Positions 39,201 to 52,900 of a stretch of 64,000 nt of DNA are shown here, one piece after another. The DNA is taken from NCBI GenBank assembly GCA_910592345.1, contig CAJVPI010000005.1, positions 1 through 64,000 on the forward strand, written 5' to 3'. The notes below the pieces were generated by a model. That model made no database searches, was not told the origin of the DNA, and saw nothing but the letters and a program-made list of their open reading frames with translations. The first letter of the stretch is position 1. The number at the start of each line of letters is the position of its first letter. A program made the position numbers and the translations under genes. Source of the stretch: Paraglomus brasilianum (lineage: Eukaryota).

Positions 39201-40610
39201 TTTAAACAATCCTTTTATCAACCTTCGGAAAAGAATTCTCCTAACGAATTTAACATGGGAATTCTTTGACTTGGTTCTGGAAATGAGCTTGATTCTTAAG
39301 TTGTGGAAACAAAGTTTTTTTTTTTTTTTAAGTAGGCGAATACAACACAAGAGACCATGTACTTTCCATATGGAAAGAAACCATCATCTTCTAAATTGGC
39401 GGATAGAATTCTGCCATATGTTCTGAACGAGAAAGAGAAGAACGAAAATTATAGTTTTCATGACAAACGGTATTTGTAGTATCAAATACCATGTCCAAAT
39501 GCAAGCGCTAGCTGGTTGATAATACACGTAGGTCAACCGAATCTTCTAACAGCAAAAGTCTTATTATGGCGTCTAGAATTTCAGACAAACAAACAAATAT
39601 AAAGTTTTCGATAATAATAAATTTGTTCCTTAAACGTAACCCATAATGGGTTAAACTAGTCCTATCTTTATTAAATCGTACTTGCATACTCTGCATGCAT
39701 GAGTGCTTAAATTTTAAGTTGAGTTGCCGTGGAGACGCGCAATAAAGTGATATTTTTATACTCGAAGAATTGATTGCCTCAAAAGGGATAGTTTCGAAAG
39801 GCATCAAACTAGTATCTATCAGAAGACTAGTAATACGGTTATTTTTAGTGATTATCAACTTGGACAAGAAGGAACTGTGTGCTTCAGGGTCTTGATAGGC
39901 CGATGTGTGTGATAGACTGCATAAGCTTTATTATACTCTCCCTCTAAATGCTCGTCCCGATCTCGAGGCTTGATACTTGAATGCACTCACTAGATTCTGC
40001 AAATGTGAGAATACATTCTCTTGATGCACATGATAGTATTGACGGGTAATTTATATAATCTGGTAGGACTTTGCAACGTTTGTTTCAAACATTAAATAGT
40101 AAGTTGTACTTGGTATTTCTTCTGTTGCCAAACATTGAACTTGACACCAGTATACGACCCATTTTCATAACGCAGATGTGTTATTGAAATGGATAGGCTT
40201 CCCAGTTATCATATATAGGTTTAATACAAAAAAAGTGTTTGGAAACAGTACATGGGCTATTTCTGTAAAAAAGGGGAAGAGGTATATGACCAAGCGTGTG
40301 CTAACAATATTTCGAATTGGGTCAAGTTCCGACTTGGGTCAGAAACATAACCATGTATATAGTAAGATATTGGACCATGCATATCTACATCATGATGCCA
40401 AGTATGGTATGCTCAATCAATACACGTTGGTGTGATATTGTTATATTTCACAAGCCAATTCAATTTCTGTTTTCCTCTATTAGCACTCGTCGCTTATTTT
40501 TGACATAGTATAAAATGTTATTTAAGAAAGTAAATTTCTTATATAAGTATGGTAGCACTTTTAACCAGAAAATACAAAAAACTTGCAATTTGTCGATAGC
40601 AGCGAAAGCC

Positions 40611-41081
40611 ATGAACCGCAATCTACTTTTTCTGTTCTTTGTGTTGACCGCAATTTCAGCAATCAATGCCGTTCCGCACCCGCTCAAAAAAAGAAGTACC
40701 GAATTTGGAGAATGTCCTCTAGTTCCTGGCCAAAAACTTACACCATCAGTAACAGTATCGCCAGATCCTATCGTTGCTGGTCAACCCGTTGAATTTTCGA
40801 TTTCTGAAGTTGAGAGTGGTTTACTTTCCGCGGACGTACCAGTTGTGATTGCTTTCTTCGAAGTCGACGGAATCCCAATACAGTTTCCCACCACTGTCAT
40901 AAGTAACATTGACGAGCCTATTTCAGTTAAAGCGCCGTCATCCTTACCAGACAGTTATGTCATAGTAGTCGGATTTGCGGACATCTCATCAAACCTAGAA
41001 TTACAATCTTACTGTGCACTGGCTCCAGTCGGCGTATCATCTGAGCATGTGTCAATCAGTTATGTCGACCAAGTCTTCTGA
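40611..41081 (+). CDS. Secreted MD-2-related lipid-recognition (ML/NPC2-like) protein
   Basis: Signal peptide MNRNLLFLFFVLTAISAINA, VPHPLKKR pro-site, FGECP..VTVSPDPIVAGQPVEFSIS and APSSLPDSYVIVV..YCA. Confidence 0.8.
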   Translation: MNRNLLFLFFVLTAISAINAVPHPLKKRSTEFGECPLVPGQKLTPSVTVSPDPIVAGQPVEFSISEVESGLLSADVPVVIAFFEVDGIPIQFPTTVISNIDEPISVKAPSSLPDSYVIVVGFADISSNLELQSYCALAPVGVSSEHVSISYVDQVF

Positions 41082-41150
41082 TAACCTAATAGTAATTACA
41101 TTTTTATGTATTTGCAATTAATATAATGTTCAATATATATATATTAGCAA

Positions 41151-41206
41151 TAGCATTAGTATAGTATTAGTATTAGTATAGTATTAGTATTAGTATAGTA
41201 TTAATA
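41151..41206. repeat. TAGTAT/TAGTA microsatellite-like repeat
   Basis: TAGCATTAGTATAGTATTAGTATTAGTATAGTATTAGTATTAGTATAGTATTAATAT. Confidence 0.85.
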
Positions 41207-42017
41207 TCGAAACATATGCCGGATAGTTGATAGATTAGTACGCTGGATTAACATGGCGTGTAAACATGTCTGATACTCTAAGTAATGGACATGTATACTT
41301 TAATGTATAGAATCAGCAGTATTAATAGTGAATGGCATATTAATATTGTAGTTTTAGCGCTGGGGGTTAATACTAATATAGTATACCGTAATTGGCAAGA
41401 CGATCATCACCTGATGTTATCATTCATTACATTAATATTAACGTTAATGTCTAATGTCTCCCCATTCATAATGAATAAATTGCAATGATCTTCAACCTGC
41501 ATGTGATAAGTAAATTACATTTCGAATGATGATGTGTTAACCGTTAATCGCTTAATTTTTTGTTTTGACTTGATGTGGTCTTATTATTATCCAACAATGC
41601 TTTGAGTCAACCGAATGGACATATCCCGGTATCTCAAAAAATGCAACAACTACAGGTACTGGTTTTAACCAGTGTGCGTATATCTGTATTGGGGAAATGA
41701 ATGATTATACGCCGATTTTGCATACATACATATACAGTAATATAGCGCTCACACCAGAGGCAGAATTTATTTGACAGATAATTGTCACGCATTTTGATTT
41801 CCGTGGAGATGGCCGTTTTATTATCGTAATAATAGAAAATTTGATGGATTTTGATCGGAATTGATGCAGTAATGTAAAATGATAGAATCAATATCAATTT
41901 TGTTTAACCCTCTAGTATATTTACAAAGACAACGGGACGTATCAAAAAAATTTGAATTGCATGGAATTACAAGTGTCTACCCATGAACTTGACCGCGATT
42001 CATGTGTTTGCATGTTT

Positions 42018-42090
42018 CATGCGCGTAGGCTTCATATAAGATTGCACGTTTATGCGCGTAGGCTCCATATAAGATTGCATGTTTTATGCA
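42018..42090. repeat. ~33-bp tandem duplication
   Basis: ATGCGCGTAGGCT(T/C)CATATAAGATTGCA(C/T)GTTT occurs twice, followed by a partial third copy. Confidence 0.8.
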
Positions 42091-44100
42091 TGTTTTCGGT
42101 TCAGCCATTCAAATACCGACAACCATAAACATATTTAAAGACATTATCCCCAAAACTCTTTTAACCATTGCAATGTTTTGCTCATTTGAAAATCCAAATC
42201 GTAAACACTCCCCTCAATGCTAACATCACCCCCACCACCACCGCTGCCGCCGCCAAAACCATCACCAAAAAGGGTCATACAAAAGGAGGTCCTCAGCTCG
42301 GCAACCTTCGAATAACTCGTCAGCTTCTACGAACAAACGCGTTTTTTTATTTACAAGTCACAAAAAAGTTTATTTGCAAACCACCATTTTTTTTGAGACA
42401 CACTGTATATGCATCGTTTTATGAAGTACCAATTCTTATCCAATGTAAAAAGAAGTTTCAGTTGGAATTGTTAGACAATTAAAAGAAACGTTAACAAATA
42501 CAAATCAATTAGGATGTATTGTATCAAAGAATGGTTTTTCAAAATCAGCAATTCTATATGCTGCAAATGAATCTCAAATTATTTTAACTTCTGACAACAA
42601 GATTAATTTACGAAAAACACAAGAGTTCTAACTTGGAAATAATGAGGAATTTAAAATATACAATTTCATTACTATGACTGGGATTTCTTACGAGTAAATA
42701 TTATTATTCCATTATTTATAAATAATTATGTACAACAACATAAAAAAGAAATAAAAAACATAAGATAATCCTTCCTCTTACGCGACTCCTCAAGTCTATT
42801 ATATTAAAAAGGCAAGTCATTATAACCTCCATAACCACAGATTTGATGAGCTTTCTGTTCCTCATACACAGAGAGTGTGTATCAACATAAACATAATTGC
42901 ATTGAGGACAACAAACTTAGTTATAGAAGGGTGTTGCTGCTACTGTACATGACTTGAGATTGAATGAGGAGAGAATTCGAGGAATTATTGCACAGTTAGA
43001 TGGGTAATTCAATGTTAGGTTGATTCGATGGCAAGACTTAGTAACTTGAAACGCGCAAGATCCAGTCTTTGCCAGGACAAGTTACCTCGCATCTCTGCTT
43101 ACGAGGCTTTCAGAACCCGGTGTTTCTTTTTTGTTTTTTCTTGGTGAAGTTTGTACATGGCGTGGTGTGGAAAAAAATAATCTTATCGCCAGAACAACAT
43201 CCTTGCTTCAGAATCTGGTGTACGTGGCGTGGTGTGACTGAGTCGTATTGGGTCTGCCGCATCAAGACTGGGCGATAGTATCCCCCGCCATACCCGCTCA
43301 TCACTAAACTCGTTGATCCACTGACTATTCACTTCTTTTCGAAAGTACTGGTAAAGTCTTTTTGTTGTTGTCGGTATTTGTAAAAGTCTACCGGATTTGC
43401 GTCATTGAAGTAGGGGCTCCAAGTATCGTTCGCTTACGTGTTTTATGCCGAGTTTTATGCGATATGAGAAATGGCTATAGAAAAAAGATTTCGGATATTA
43501 ATTTACTAGTACAGTTGAAGCTCGTTTTATTTGACACCGGTAATAGATATAAATCGTCGTTGTTGTCACGCTGTTCCTTGAACTAAAGCGATGATTTCAT
43601 CACCGTTTATGTCAAATCCCTCCAGAGAAAGATGAACAAAAAGCAGTTGAATGGTGTCAAAAAGCACTGACCATTGCACAATCTAATCTTGCTGTTTCTC
43701 GATGGCTGTAAGAGTTTTTAATTTTCTTCCCTTTTTACTACCACCTTTATTAGAGTTAACTACGGTAGATTCCATTTTGCAATATCGCGAAAATTTTTTA
43801 CAAGACGTGTAAATTTTAGTTCTCTAGTGACATCATTCTTATGAATAATTACGTTATAACGTATCGAACTTGCTGTAACACAACGTTCTTAACCAATAGA
43901 AAGAACGGAGACCGACTTATCGAGGTATATACAGTTTGGCCTTATTATTATCGAGAAATTATATAGATTATCGAATATTTTTAAATAGTGAAAAAAAAGG
44001 AAGACATTTGGCCGAATTATCGGGAAACCGACTGCTATCTTATCATAATAAATAATGGGAATTTTCTCACGTGCATTAAATTTCTCTCAACAACTTGACC

Positions 44101-46520
44101 ATGACGACTCCAATAGTATTGAAAAACTTTATTGGAGGGAAGACGCATACTATTCAGAACAAAGAATACATAGACAGTGTCAACCCGGCTACTGGCAAAG
44201 CATGTACAAATCTCAAATATGCTATCGATCCCTCGGTTAACATACTTCTCCTTACACCGTCTGCTTGCACATAATTGTCAACCAGGTCCATGCGAAAATC
44301 CCCCGCTCTTCACAAGAGGATGTAAATCAGGCCGTCTCTGCCGCCCTTGCCGCCTTTCCCGCATGGTCTAAAACGTCACGAGCCGAGCGCTCGAAATATC
44401 TTTATACTATAGCAAATATCCTCGAATCACGCATGGAAGAATTTGCGGCTGCTGAATCGAGAGACCAAGGAAAGACCATAACATTTGCACGGATGGTGGA
44501 CATACCACGAGCAGTGTATAATTTTCGATTCTTTGCAGAGAACATTTGCCAGACTGAAGAGAAGGCAACGATGTTGGATGGATTGGCCTTGAATTACGTA
44601 CAGAGATGGCCAGCGGGAGTTGCTGGATTGATTTCACCGGTACAAGTTGGGATAATGGTGATGGGTTACGTTTGGATTAGGAAAGTGTAATGAAGCTAAT
44701 CTGGCCGTTTTTATCTGCGGAATCCTGTGCAATTAGTGGAATCTGTAAGTGTTTGTATCAAAGTGAATCATACATGATAGTAACATCTACTAATCGTATT
44801 TCACTCAGGCCTTTGTATCTTCTTACGTGGAAGATCGCGCCTTGTATTGCTGGTGAGATTTTGTCTCGTGTTAACAAGGCTAGAAAATATAGTGTTAATG
44901 ATCTACAAACGCGTACACTTTTGCAGCCGGATGTACTTGTGTTTGCAAACCAAGCGAATTCACTAGTGTTACTGCATACAGTAAGCTTTCATATTCTGCT
45001 TTTTACCTAAACTTTATTCAGCTATGTCTAACATTGAACTTGTGCTAGTGTTATGTGACGTCATAAAAGAAGCCAAATTGCCTGACGGGGTCGTCAATAT
45101 GGTGTTTGGAAGTGGTATGTTCATGCATAGTTTGTAGCTATAATATTACTGGATACTGAATCACGTGCATAATTGGAAAAGGTCCCGAGGTCGGAGAAGC
45201 CTTGGTAAATCACCCGAAAGTGCCTTTGATATCTTTCACGGGAGGTATGTTGTAAAGACATGCGTTGCCACAAGCATGCGTCAGTAGAATCGCTAACAGT
45301 ATCGCTTTCTCTGTGAAGGAACCGCGACAGGTCAAAAGATCATAGCCAATAGTGCCAAAAACTTCAAGAAATTATCCTTGGAACTTGGTGCGTATCAGCT
45401 TGACATGATGATATGCTTGTATGGATAATGCTATTCATATTGCGCGTCGATACTCGATATTAGGTGGCAAGAATGCGAATGTTGTATTTGATGATTGCAA
45501 TTTCGACAAAGCTATCGAAGGCAGTATTCGGGCAGCTTTTAGTAATCAAGGAGAGGTGAGCCCATGGAACAATTGCTCGTTGAGGGTTGCTTCATTCGTT
45601 TTCGCAATTTATTTCGCACCACTCGTTATCTTTCTTTGCGCATACGCATTCTTACTACGTTTTTACTTTATCGCCTTTCAAGATCTGCCTCTGTGGTTCA
45701 CGAATATTTGTTCATTCTTCGATCTACTCGCAGTTTCTTGACGCGTTTGTTGAGAAAGCAAAAGCCCTAATTGTCGGTGACCCAGCTGATAGTAAAACGC
45801 AAGTTGGGGCATTGAATTCCGAGCAACATATGCAAAAGGTTTTGGGTTATATCGAACTAGCAAAGGAAGAAGGAGGAAACATCGTTTGTGGGGGAAATAA
45901 AAAAGTGTTGGAGGGAGAGTTAAAGGATGGATATTTCGTGGAACCGACCGTCATTACTGGGTGAGTAGAGCGTGAGAAGATGAAGCTAATTGTGGAGGAG
46001 GGAAATAAAATAGTGAACAATTGTACGATTTGACATTTATTAGGTTGCCTCCATCGTGTCGAGTAGCACAAGAAGAAATATTTGGACCCGTATGGTTCTT
46101 TCATTTTTGCTTCATTTCCGCTACATTCTCTATACATATACTCTTAAATCTTTGATCCCACTCGCAGGTAGTAACCATACACCAATTTACAACAACGGAT
46201 GAAGCCATATCATTTGCCAATGATTCACAATACGGTTTAAGCTGTTCAATCTGGACAGAAAATATCCGTCGAGCGCGTCACGTTGCAGAGTCTATTCAAG
46301 TAGGAACCGTATGGGTGAACTGCTGGATGCTTCGTGATCTGAGAATGCCATTTGGGGGATCGAAAAGGAGTGGTGAGTAATACTGGATTTGAAATGCGCC
46401 AGATGGCGTAGTAGATATTAATGCTGTGCGTTGTTTTATTAATTAGGGCTTGGTCGCGAAGGCGCAGACTACAGTCTGGACTTTTATACTGAATCCAAGA
46501 CCATTTGTTTGGCTAATTAA
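44101..46520 (+). CDS. Aldehyde dehydrogenase, ALDH8A1 / 2-aminomuconate-semialdehyde dehydrogenase-like, ~13 exons
   Basis: LKNFIGG, AESRDQGKT..VDIPRAVYNFRFFA, ISPWNLPLYLLTWKIAP, KPSEFTSVTA, ISFTGG, LELGGKN (Glu), FSNQGEICLCGSR (catalytic Cys), EEIFGP and VWVNCWMLRDLRMPFGG. Confidence 0.93.
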
Positions 46521-46944
46521 TATTGAATATCCGATATCAACGTTTTGCGGATATTGATGATCAGATGTGTTAATTCTTCCTGTTATGACTAATCCCCATT
46601 TATTTCATTATTAATCCGTCTTGAATTAGTAATTCAACTGCGGAAGATGACTAAATGTCTGTTAAATTAACTTTCACGTGCTTCGAAACAGTTCGCACCC
46701 TTAAATTCGTTATTCCACCAATCATATGTTAATATAGTGTAACACAAATAGGATCCGCAGTGAATACGCAGTAAGATTGTTACTGCGTCACAAATCTCGT
46801 GATTTATATAAATAAACACGCCTGAGAACCTTTTCAAGACTATTCAACAAAAGGATCTCCAGAGCATCTATATAAAAGGGGTTCCCTAGTCGAGACTGAA
46901 ACATAAACCTTCTATAAAACTCATATCGCTTTCTCCAAACAATA

Positions 46945-49900
46945 ATGTTCAGTTCTGGATTTGGTGGATTTGGCGGCGCTAGTCAGGGAGGAGGCTTTGG
47001 ATTTGGTAAGTTTTTTCGAAACGCGTAATTGCCACGATAGAAGCATTATCTGTGTCCTAACCATCGTTTATTCGTCTAGGTGGGTTTGGGAACCAGACTT
47101 CTGCCCAACAGACTTTTGGATTTGGGGCAGCAACGACGGCTGCTTCCAGCAGCGGCTTTGGCTTTGGAGGTAAGTGTTCAGAGATCAGGAAGAATGTACA
47201 AGAGAGAGACACAATATTTGTTGTTTTGGAAGTTGTTTATGGCTTTGCTTGCAGTAGTTAGTATTCTCCGGTACCGCCTGCAGTAATGTCTGCGGTGGCA
47301 ATAGTTAGTTTCTTGACATTCATAGCATTATACTTGTTCAGCTAGCGGTAGTGGAGGAATGTTTGGTCAGAGTAGTGGCTTTGGTGGTATGTGGCTCCTG
47401 TATTAGTATGATATTTAATAAAGAGTCTATTCCGAGTAGAATAAGGAGTGCGATCTGCCTAGTAGCGTAATAATTGATGTATGAGCTTGTGAAAAGATTA
47501 AATTGTTATTTACAAATACGAATTCTTTTCACCTGAATACATCGACTGAGATCGGATATGATTGCGCTCATTGCATAACGTTCTCTCATGGCTGAGTTGA
47601 ATTTATTATCCTCGGATAAATAATTTACGACATGCAATAGCAGATCAGTCTTTCGATTCACCTCCGCGCGCGGGCGATAAATTTGATCGAATGAGTTGTG
47701 TTGACGACGCAGTCGATTACGCTATTCTATTCGGAATTACTCGGCTGGTTAGATAGGAATTTGTATTTTTTTGCATACGTTTTAACACCATCGTATTTTT
47801 TTAATAGGACTTGGTTCATCATCGACTGCATCGAAAATGCTACCACAGTTGCCTGTTCAGGGATCATCTCAACCTCCATATACCACTACTTCTGAGCGAG
47901 ATTCACAATATGGCGCGATAAATCTATTCCACACTATTAGTGCAATGCCCGCGTACAAGAACTTTTCATTTGAGGTAAGTATGGTGTAGTCGGTACTTGT
48001 TTTGTGGTGATGATATCTTGATGGATTACATTCTAACGGCATACTTGTCTTGTTTATTAAATAGGAACTACGTTTGCGAGATTACGAGTTAGGACGCAAA
48101 CCAGCTACAAATAGTTCAACTGCCTTTGGTGCAGCACAACCGAGTGGATTCGGTCTCCCCGCATCAACACCTGCTGCACCTTCATTCGGAACGCCAGCAC
48201 CGTCGTTTAATAGCTTTAGTGGATTCGGGCATTCAACAAAGTCCACTGGATTTGGATTTGGAGCTGGAGCTGGAACTTCGACCGGCTTATTCAGCACTCC
48301 AAGTGTAACACCCGCGCCAACGCCCTTTGGAGGAGCTGCAGCAACACCGACTCCAGCATTTGGCACTACAACAACGCCGTTTGGACAGACGCAAAAGCCA
48401 TTCGGTTTTGGAACTGGAAGTGCGTTTGGGGCCGCACCTAGTGGAGGATTCGGTACAAGTAAGTGTTATAATCATAGATGAACCATTATTTTATAATGAA
48501 TGCTTGATATTTACTATGAAAGATTAGTTATGATATCTGTAGTATTATTAGTACGCTATATCGTTTACCATTGACTATCGCAAGATTAACGAAATATGAT
48601 GAATGTGTTATTCACTTTTTGCTTACCTTTTTCCTACCAGATCTGTTCGGTAATACGAGTACATCATCAGTATCTTTATTTAATAAATCCACGGCGTCTA
48701 CGCCATCCTTTGGCGGATTTAATCAGAATTCTCAGTCAACTAGTGGATTTGGGTTTGGAAACACGCAAACGACATCAACTCCCTCATTGAGCTTTGGAAC
48801 ATACAGTAAGTATAAGAAGAACGTTAATTTACTATAATGACAACAATAATACGCTATAAGTAAATTTAAAATACTTATCGTATTAATATGATATCATTAA
48901 CTTTATTATTAACTTTTATTTCACTAATATTTTACAGACAAGCCAGCGACCACATCTGCATTTGGTGGATTAGGAAGTTCTGGAGGAGGTAAGATTGATT
49001 TTCATGCACCAGGCGATCGTGCTATAAAATGGAACTGACCCTTACGTCACTGTTCCTTTATTGTTTGTTTAGAAACATGACATGTATGAAGTACACTAAC
49101 CACAAACTTTTATTAAATTGTTGCTTGCATTTTTACGTGTCCATCGTGTTAAGGTTTTGGCTCTTTCGGTGCTTCCACCAAACCAACTTTTCCAAGCTTA
49201 AGTACTCCAGGTAAGGTTCTGGTCAACATAGGTGACATGGCATTTGATACTCCAATATTTGAATCGACGTGATTTCTAATCTAACTGAAATTTGAATAGC
49301 GACAGGATTTTCACTAAGTTCTACGCCAACTTCTCTGGCACAACCATCAAGCACGAATCTCTTCAGTGGAATAGGCCTTGGCAATCCTTCTAGCACAACG
49401 GGATCTGCGTTTGCTCCTTCGTTCTCGTTCAAACCACCGACAACTGGATCCTTTCTAAATCCAGCGCAACCATTCAGCAGCAGCAACTTGTTTGCGAATA
49501 CTGCACCGACAACTTTTACTGCACCAACAGGAATAGTCGCGACAGCTGACATGTATCCGTACAGTAGCATGCCGTTGTTACAACAAGGTGCGGTGCAATC
49601 GCAAGAACGACAGAGAACGGAGAAACCAACAGCTACCCCTATCGGGGTAAAAAAACCACCAGTCACGCCACATTATAAACTAGAGCCAAGACAAAGTCAA
49701 AAACTCAAGTTGAAGGGTTATTCTCCGGGATTAAGGAGAAAGAAGGAGCCTGAACAAGAAACTCCGAGACCGTTGGAAATATTTTCCGATTACAGCGAGA
49801 TAATAAGTCCTGAAGCATTTAGCAGATCGCGAAGGCGAATGATAAATACTCGCCCTGTATCTCTAGGCTCAATTATTAACAAAGACTCGATCGCACCAAC

Positions 49901-52900
49901 TCCAAGTAAACCCCCCCAACAGGAGTCAACAACATTGACGTTTAGATCTCCAAAGCAAGAGACTTCACGCCAATCGATATTTACTGAGCCGCAAACTCCT
50001 CTAACAGCATTGGGCAAAAATTCTTCTTTCACGCTATCACCACTACGAAGATCTCCGGAAACTCCCAAACCTCTTATTCGATCGTTTAGCACTCCATCAC
50101 TTTGCCAGGAGGAAGTATCAACACCACCTGCTCAGCAAGAGCGCTCTGTTACGCCAGTGCAACAGATATTGGCTGAACCTGACGAGTCCATCATCCGGCA
50201 AGAACCAGTCACAGAATCTGATGATTACGGCGACTACTGGACATCGCCTTCATTATCCGAACTACGAAACATGTCCGAAGCGCAACTAAAAAAAGTAATC
50301 GACTTTACTATTGGACGTGGTGATTTAGGTCAGATACACTTTACTGAATCAGTCGATTTGACCGGAATTCCTTTAAGCAGCTTAATCGGTGATGTCGTAG
50401 AAATAGTCCCGCGCTCAGTTTCGGTTTACGAGGATTGCAAAATTCCCAAGCCACCAGTTGGACAAGGATTGAACGTACCGGCTGCTATTACCTTGAAAAA
50501 ATGCTGGCCCGTTGGTAAGGTCAAGCAGGATCCAATCAGAGATCCAGCCGACCCATTAGTCCGGCAGAGAATTGCTCGTTTGAAGCAAATGCCTGGTACA
50601 GAATTTATTAGCTATGATGCTTACACAGGCGCATGGACATTCCTAGTACAGCATTTTACTAAATATGGTCTGGACGAGTTTGATGATAGCGACGAGCAAA
50701 GCGTAATTTATAATCGATTAACACCACCAGTCGAGGATAGTCCCATGCAAGAAATACCTACCAGCTCTGAATTGCTAGAAGCGAGTCTCGAAACCGAGAC
50801 CGTCACGACGTTTAAGCAGTTTAGTAGCCTTCCTGAATTTCGAAGACAGGATCCGTTAGAAATCAATGAAATGCAAGAGGCTATCTTTCCCCCAGAAGGC
50901 GATGAGGATTACGATACTATGGAAGATATTTTGGATCAGCCGCCTGCTGCATTGCCCGCCGGATTTGTTCGTATTGAGAGTTTTTCGAGTGATGAGGACA
51001 GAGACACGTCGGCGGAGGTGAGTGGGTGGTGGGTTGCGAAAATGTTTTGGAAGAGATAGTGGCGTACGTTGTGGAAATGACGTAGTAGCATTTATGCTGG
51101 AATCGGGAAGAGATTCAAGTTTACTTATATAATATTGTGTTTATAATTTATTTATCATATCATTTGTATTCTCACATAAGAATATTGTAGTTAGCTTTAG
51201 ATCTTGTTATTTCTCTTTTTTTCTTTCTTCTTAGTATTAGTCTTCGATAATAAACCTAGTTTTTTTTTCTTATTACACGTTTGTGTAATTCGGTACAATG
51301 TACTTTCCCCTTCTTAAATAAACAACAGATTGTCTGAAAATTAGTTCTCCATTGTTTTAGCAAGTTTACCTCTAAGTGGTGGTTTTTATGTTTTAATTAA
51401 TGTCTTAAGAGAAATGAGTATCAAATTATGTCTTTCTGGTCCACATATCATTAATAGCTATTGCAATTGCCAGGACATGATCCTCCCATCGTTAATGACC
51501 TACCCATCGGAGCAGCCATCGATATTCCAAGCACAAGAAATCGAAGAGGAACAATCAATATTGCCACAGAAACACGTCTTACAGTCAATAAATGATACTC
51601 GCAGACCATTGAAAATACCACGGCTGAAGTACTCTGAATCAATAACGTTTAACCGACGTTCGGATCGGGATATGAGCTTGTTCCTTGGTCATTCGTTCCG
51701 TGCTGGATGGGGTCCTAATGGTGTTATAGTTTTGTTCGGAAGAGATGTAAAAGACAAAGGCAAGGACTCAAGAATTCCCGAGTATGGCGTGCCCAATGTA
51801 CTGTATATAAGAAAGGTTGTCGCCTTTAATGAATCTGAAGAAATCGAGAAACGCCGACATCACTTGGTGCTCCAAACATTGTCTGAACATACAATTATCA
51901 CGCCCGACGCCCGCGGCATACCAAAACTCACCATTAGCCCTAAGATTACGTTTGACCATTTCGTCAAGACTGTTGGTGACAATCGGGGTACCTATCGCCG
52001 ACATGAATTCTTGGTATGGAAACTAGGACGCGCTCTGTGGGATAGAATACCAATTGAGAATGAAGAAAGGCTCGGGGTTAAATTATACGAAAAAATATCT
52101 AAAGCATTACGCAAAAAATCGATATCTAAATGGTTACAAGAAGCGGTTGATCCGGACGTATCATCAGATGCTGAGAAGTGTATAGAAAACAGTGATTATC
52201 CCGGAGCGGTTGTTGCTTTACTCAGTGGAAGAAGAATAAAAAAAGCAGTAGAAACAGCTTTTACTAACCGTGATCTACGCACGGCGTCGTTGTTAGTGCA
52301 ATTGGGGGGCAACGATCGGCGTTTTAGAAAACTTTTGGAAAAACAGATTGAGCATTGGAATGATATAGGAATGTCTCGCTATATTCCTCGAACACACTGG
52401 AAGATATACGAGATAATGGCGGGGAATGTAGGCAGTTCTGGTCAAATGTACATAACGGAAGGAATGGATTGGAAACGTACTCTGGGTATGCATTTTTGGT
52501 ACGGCGAATTTCTTGATGCAGAGTTCAGTCAGATATTGGAACATTATGATAGTACGATTGAGTCTGCTCCAGGAGTTGCAGCTGCTCCAATTGTATGGTA
52601 TGAGGAAGAAGTCGATGAGCAAACTCATGATTCTCAATTACAATCCAAAAATAACCATAAAGATGTTTTATATCATTTGATGAAGTTGTATGTGGGAGAC
52701 ACTTATCTATTGGAAGATGCGCTGTCCCCAAAGTCTATCACATCATCACCGTTGGACTATAGATTGACATGGTTATTGTACGTGATGCTCGGATGTGTAT
52801 ATAAAGTGAGAAGCTTCTCAGATGATTCGCTGGCGGATATGATTACGTGGTGTTTTGCTTCTCAATTAGAAAGACTGGAGATGTATTATTGGGCTATTTA

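Noticed and set aside
39395..39420. Minus-strand WQNSIR resembling a forkhead motif
   Set aside because: The following HNLS is absent and the flanks do not match. Probably chance or an unidentifiable relic.
42217..42480. RTNAFF resembling an HMG-box start after a Pro-rich stretch
   Set aside because: The rest of the HMG box is not recognisable and frames are broken.
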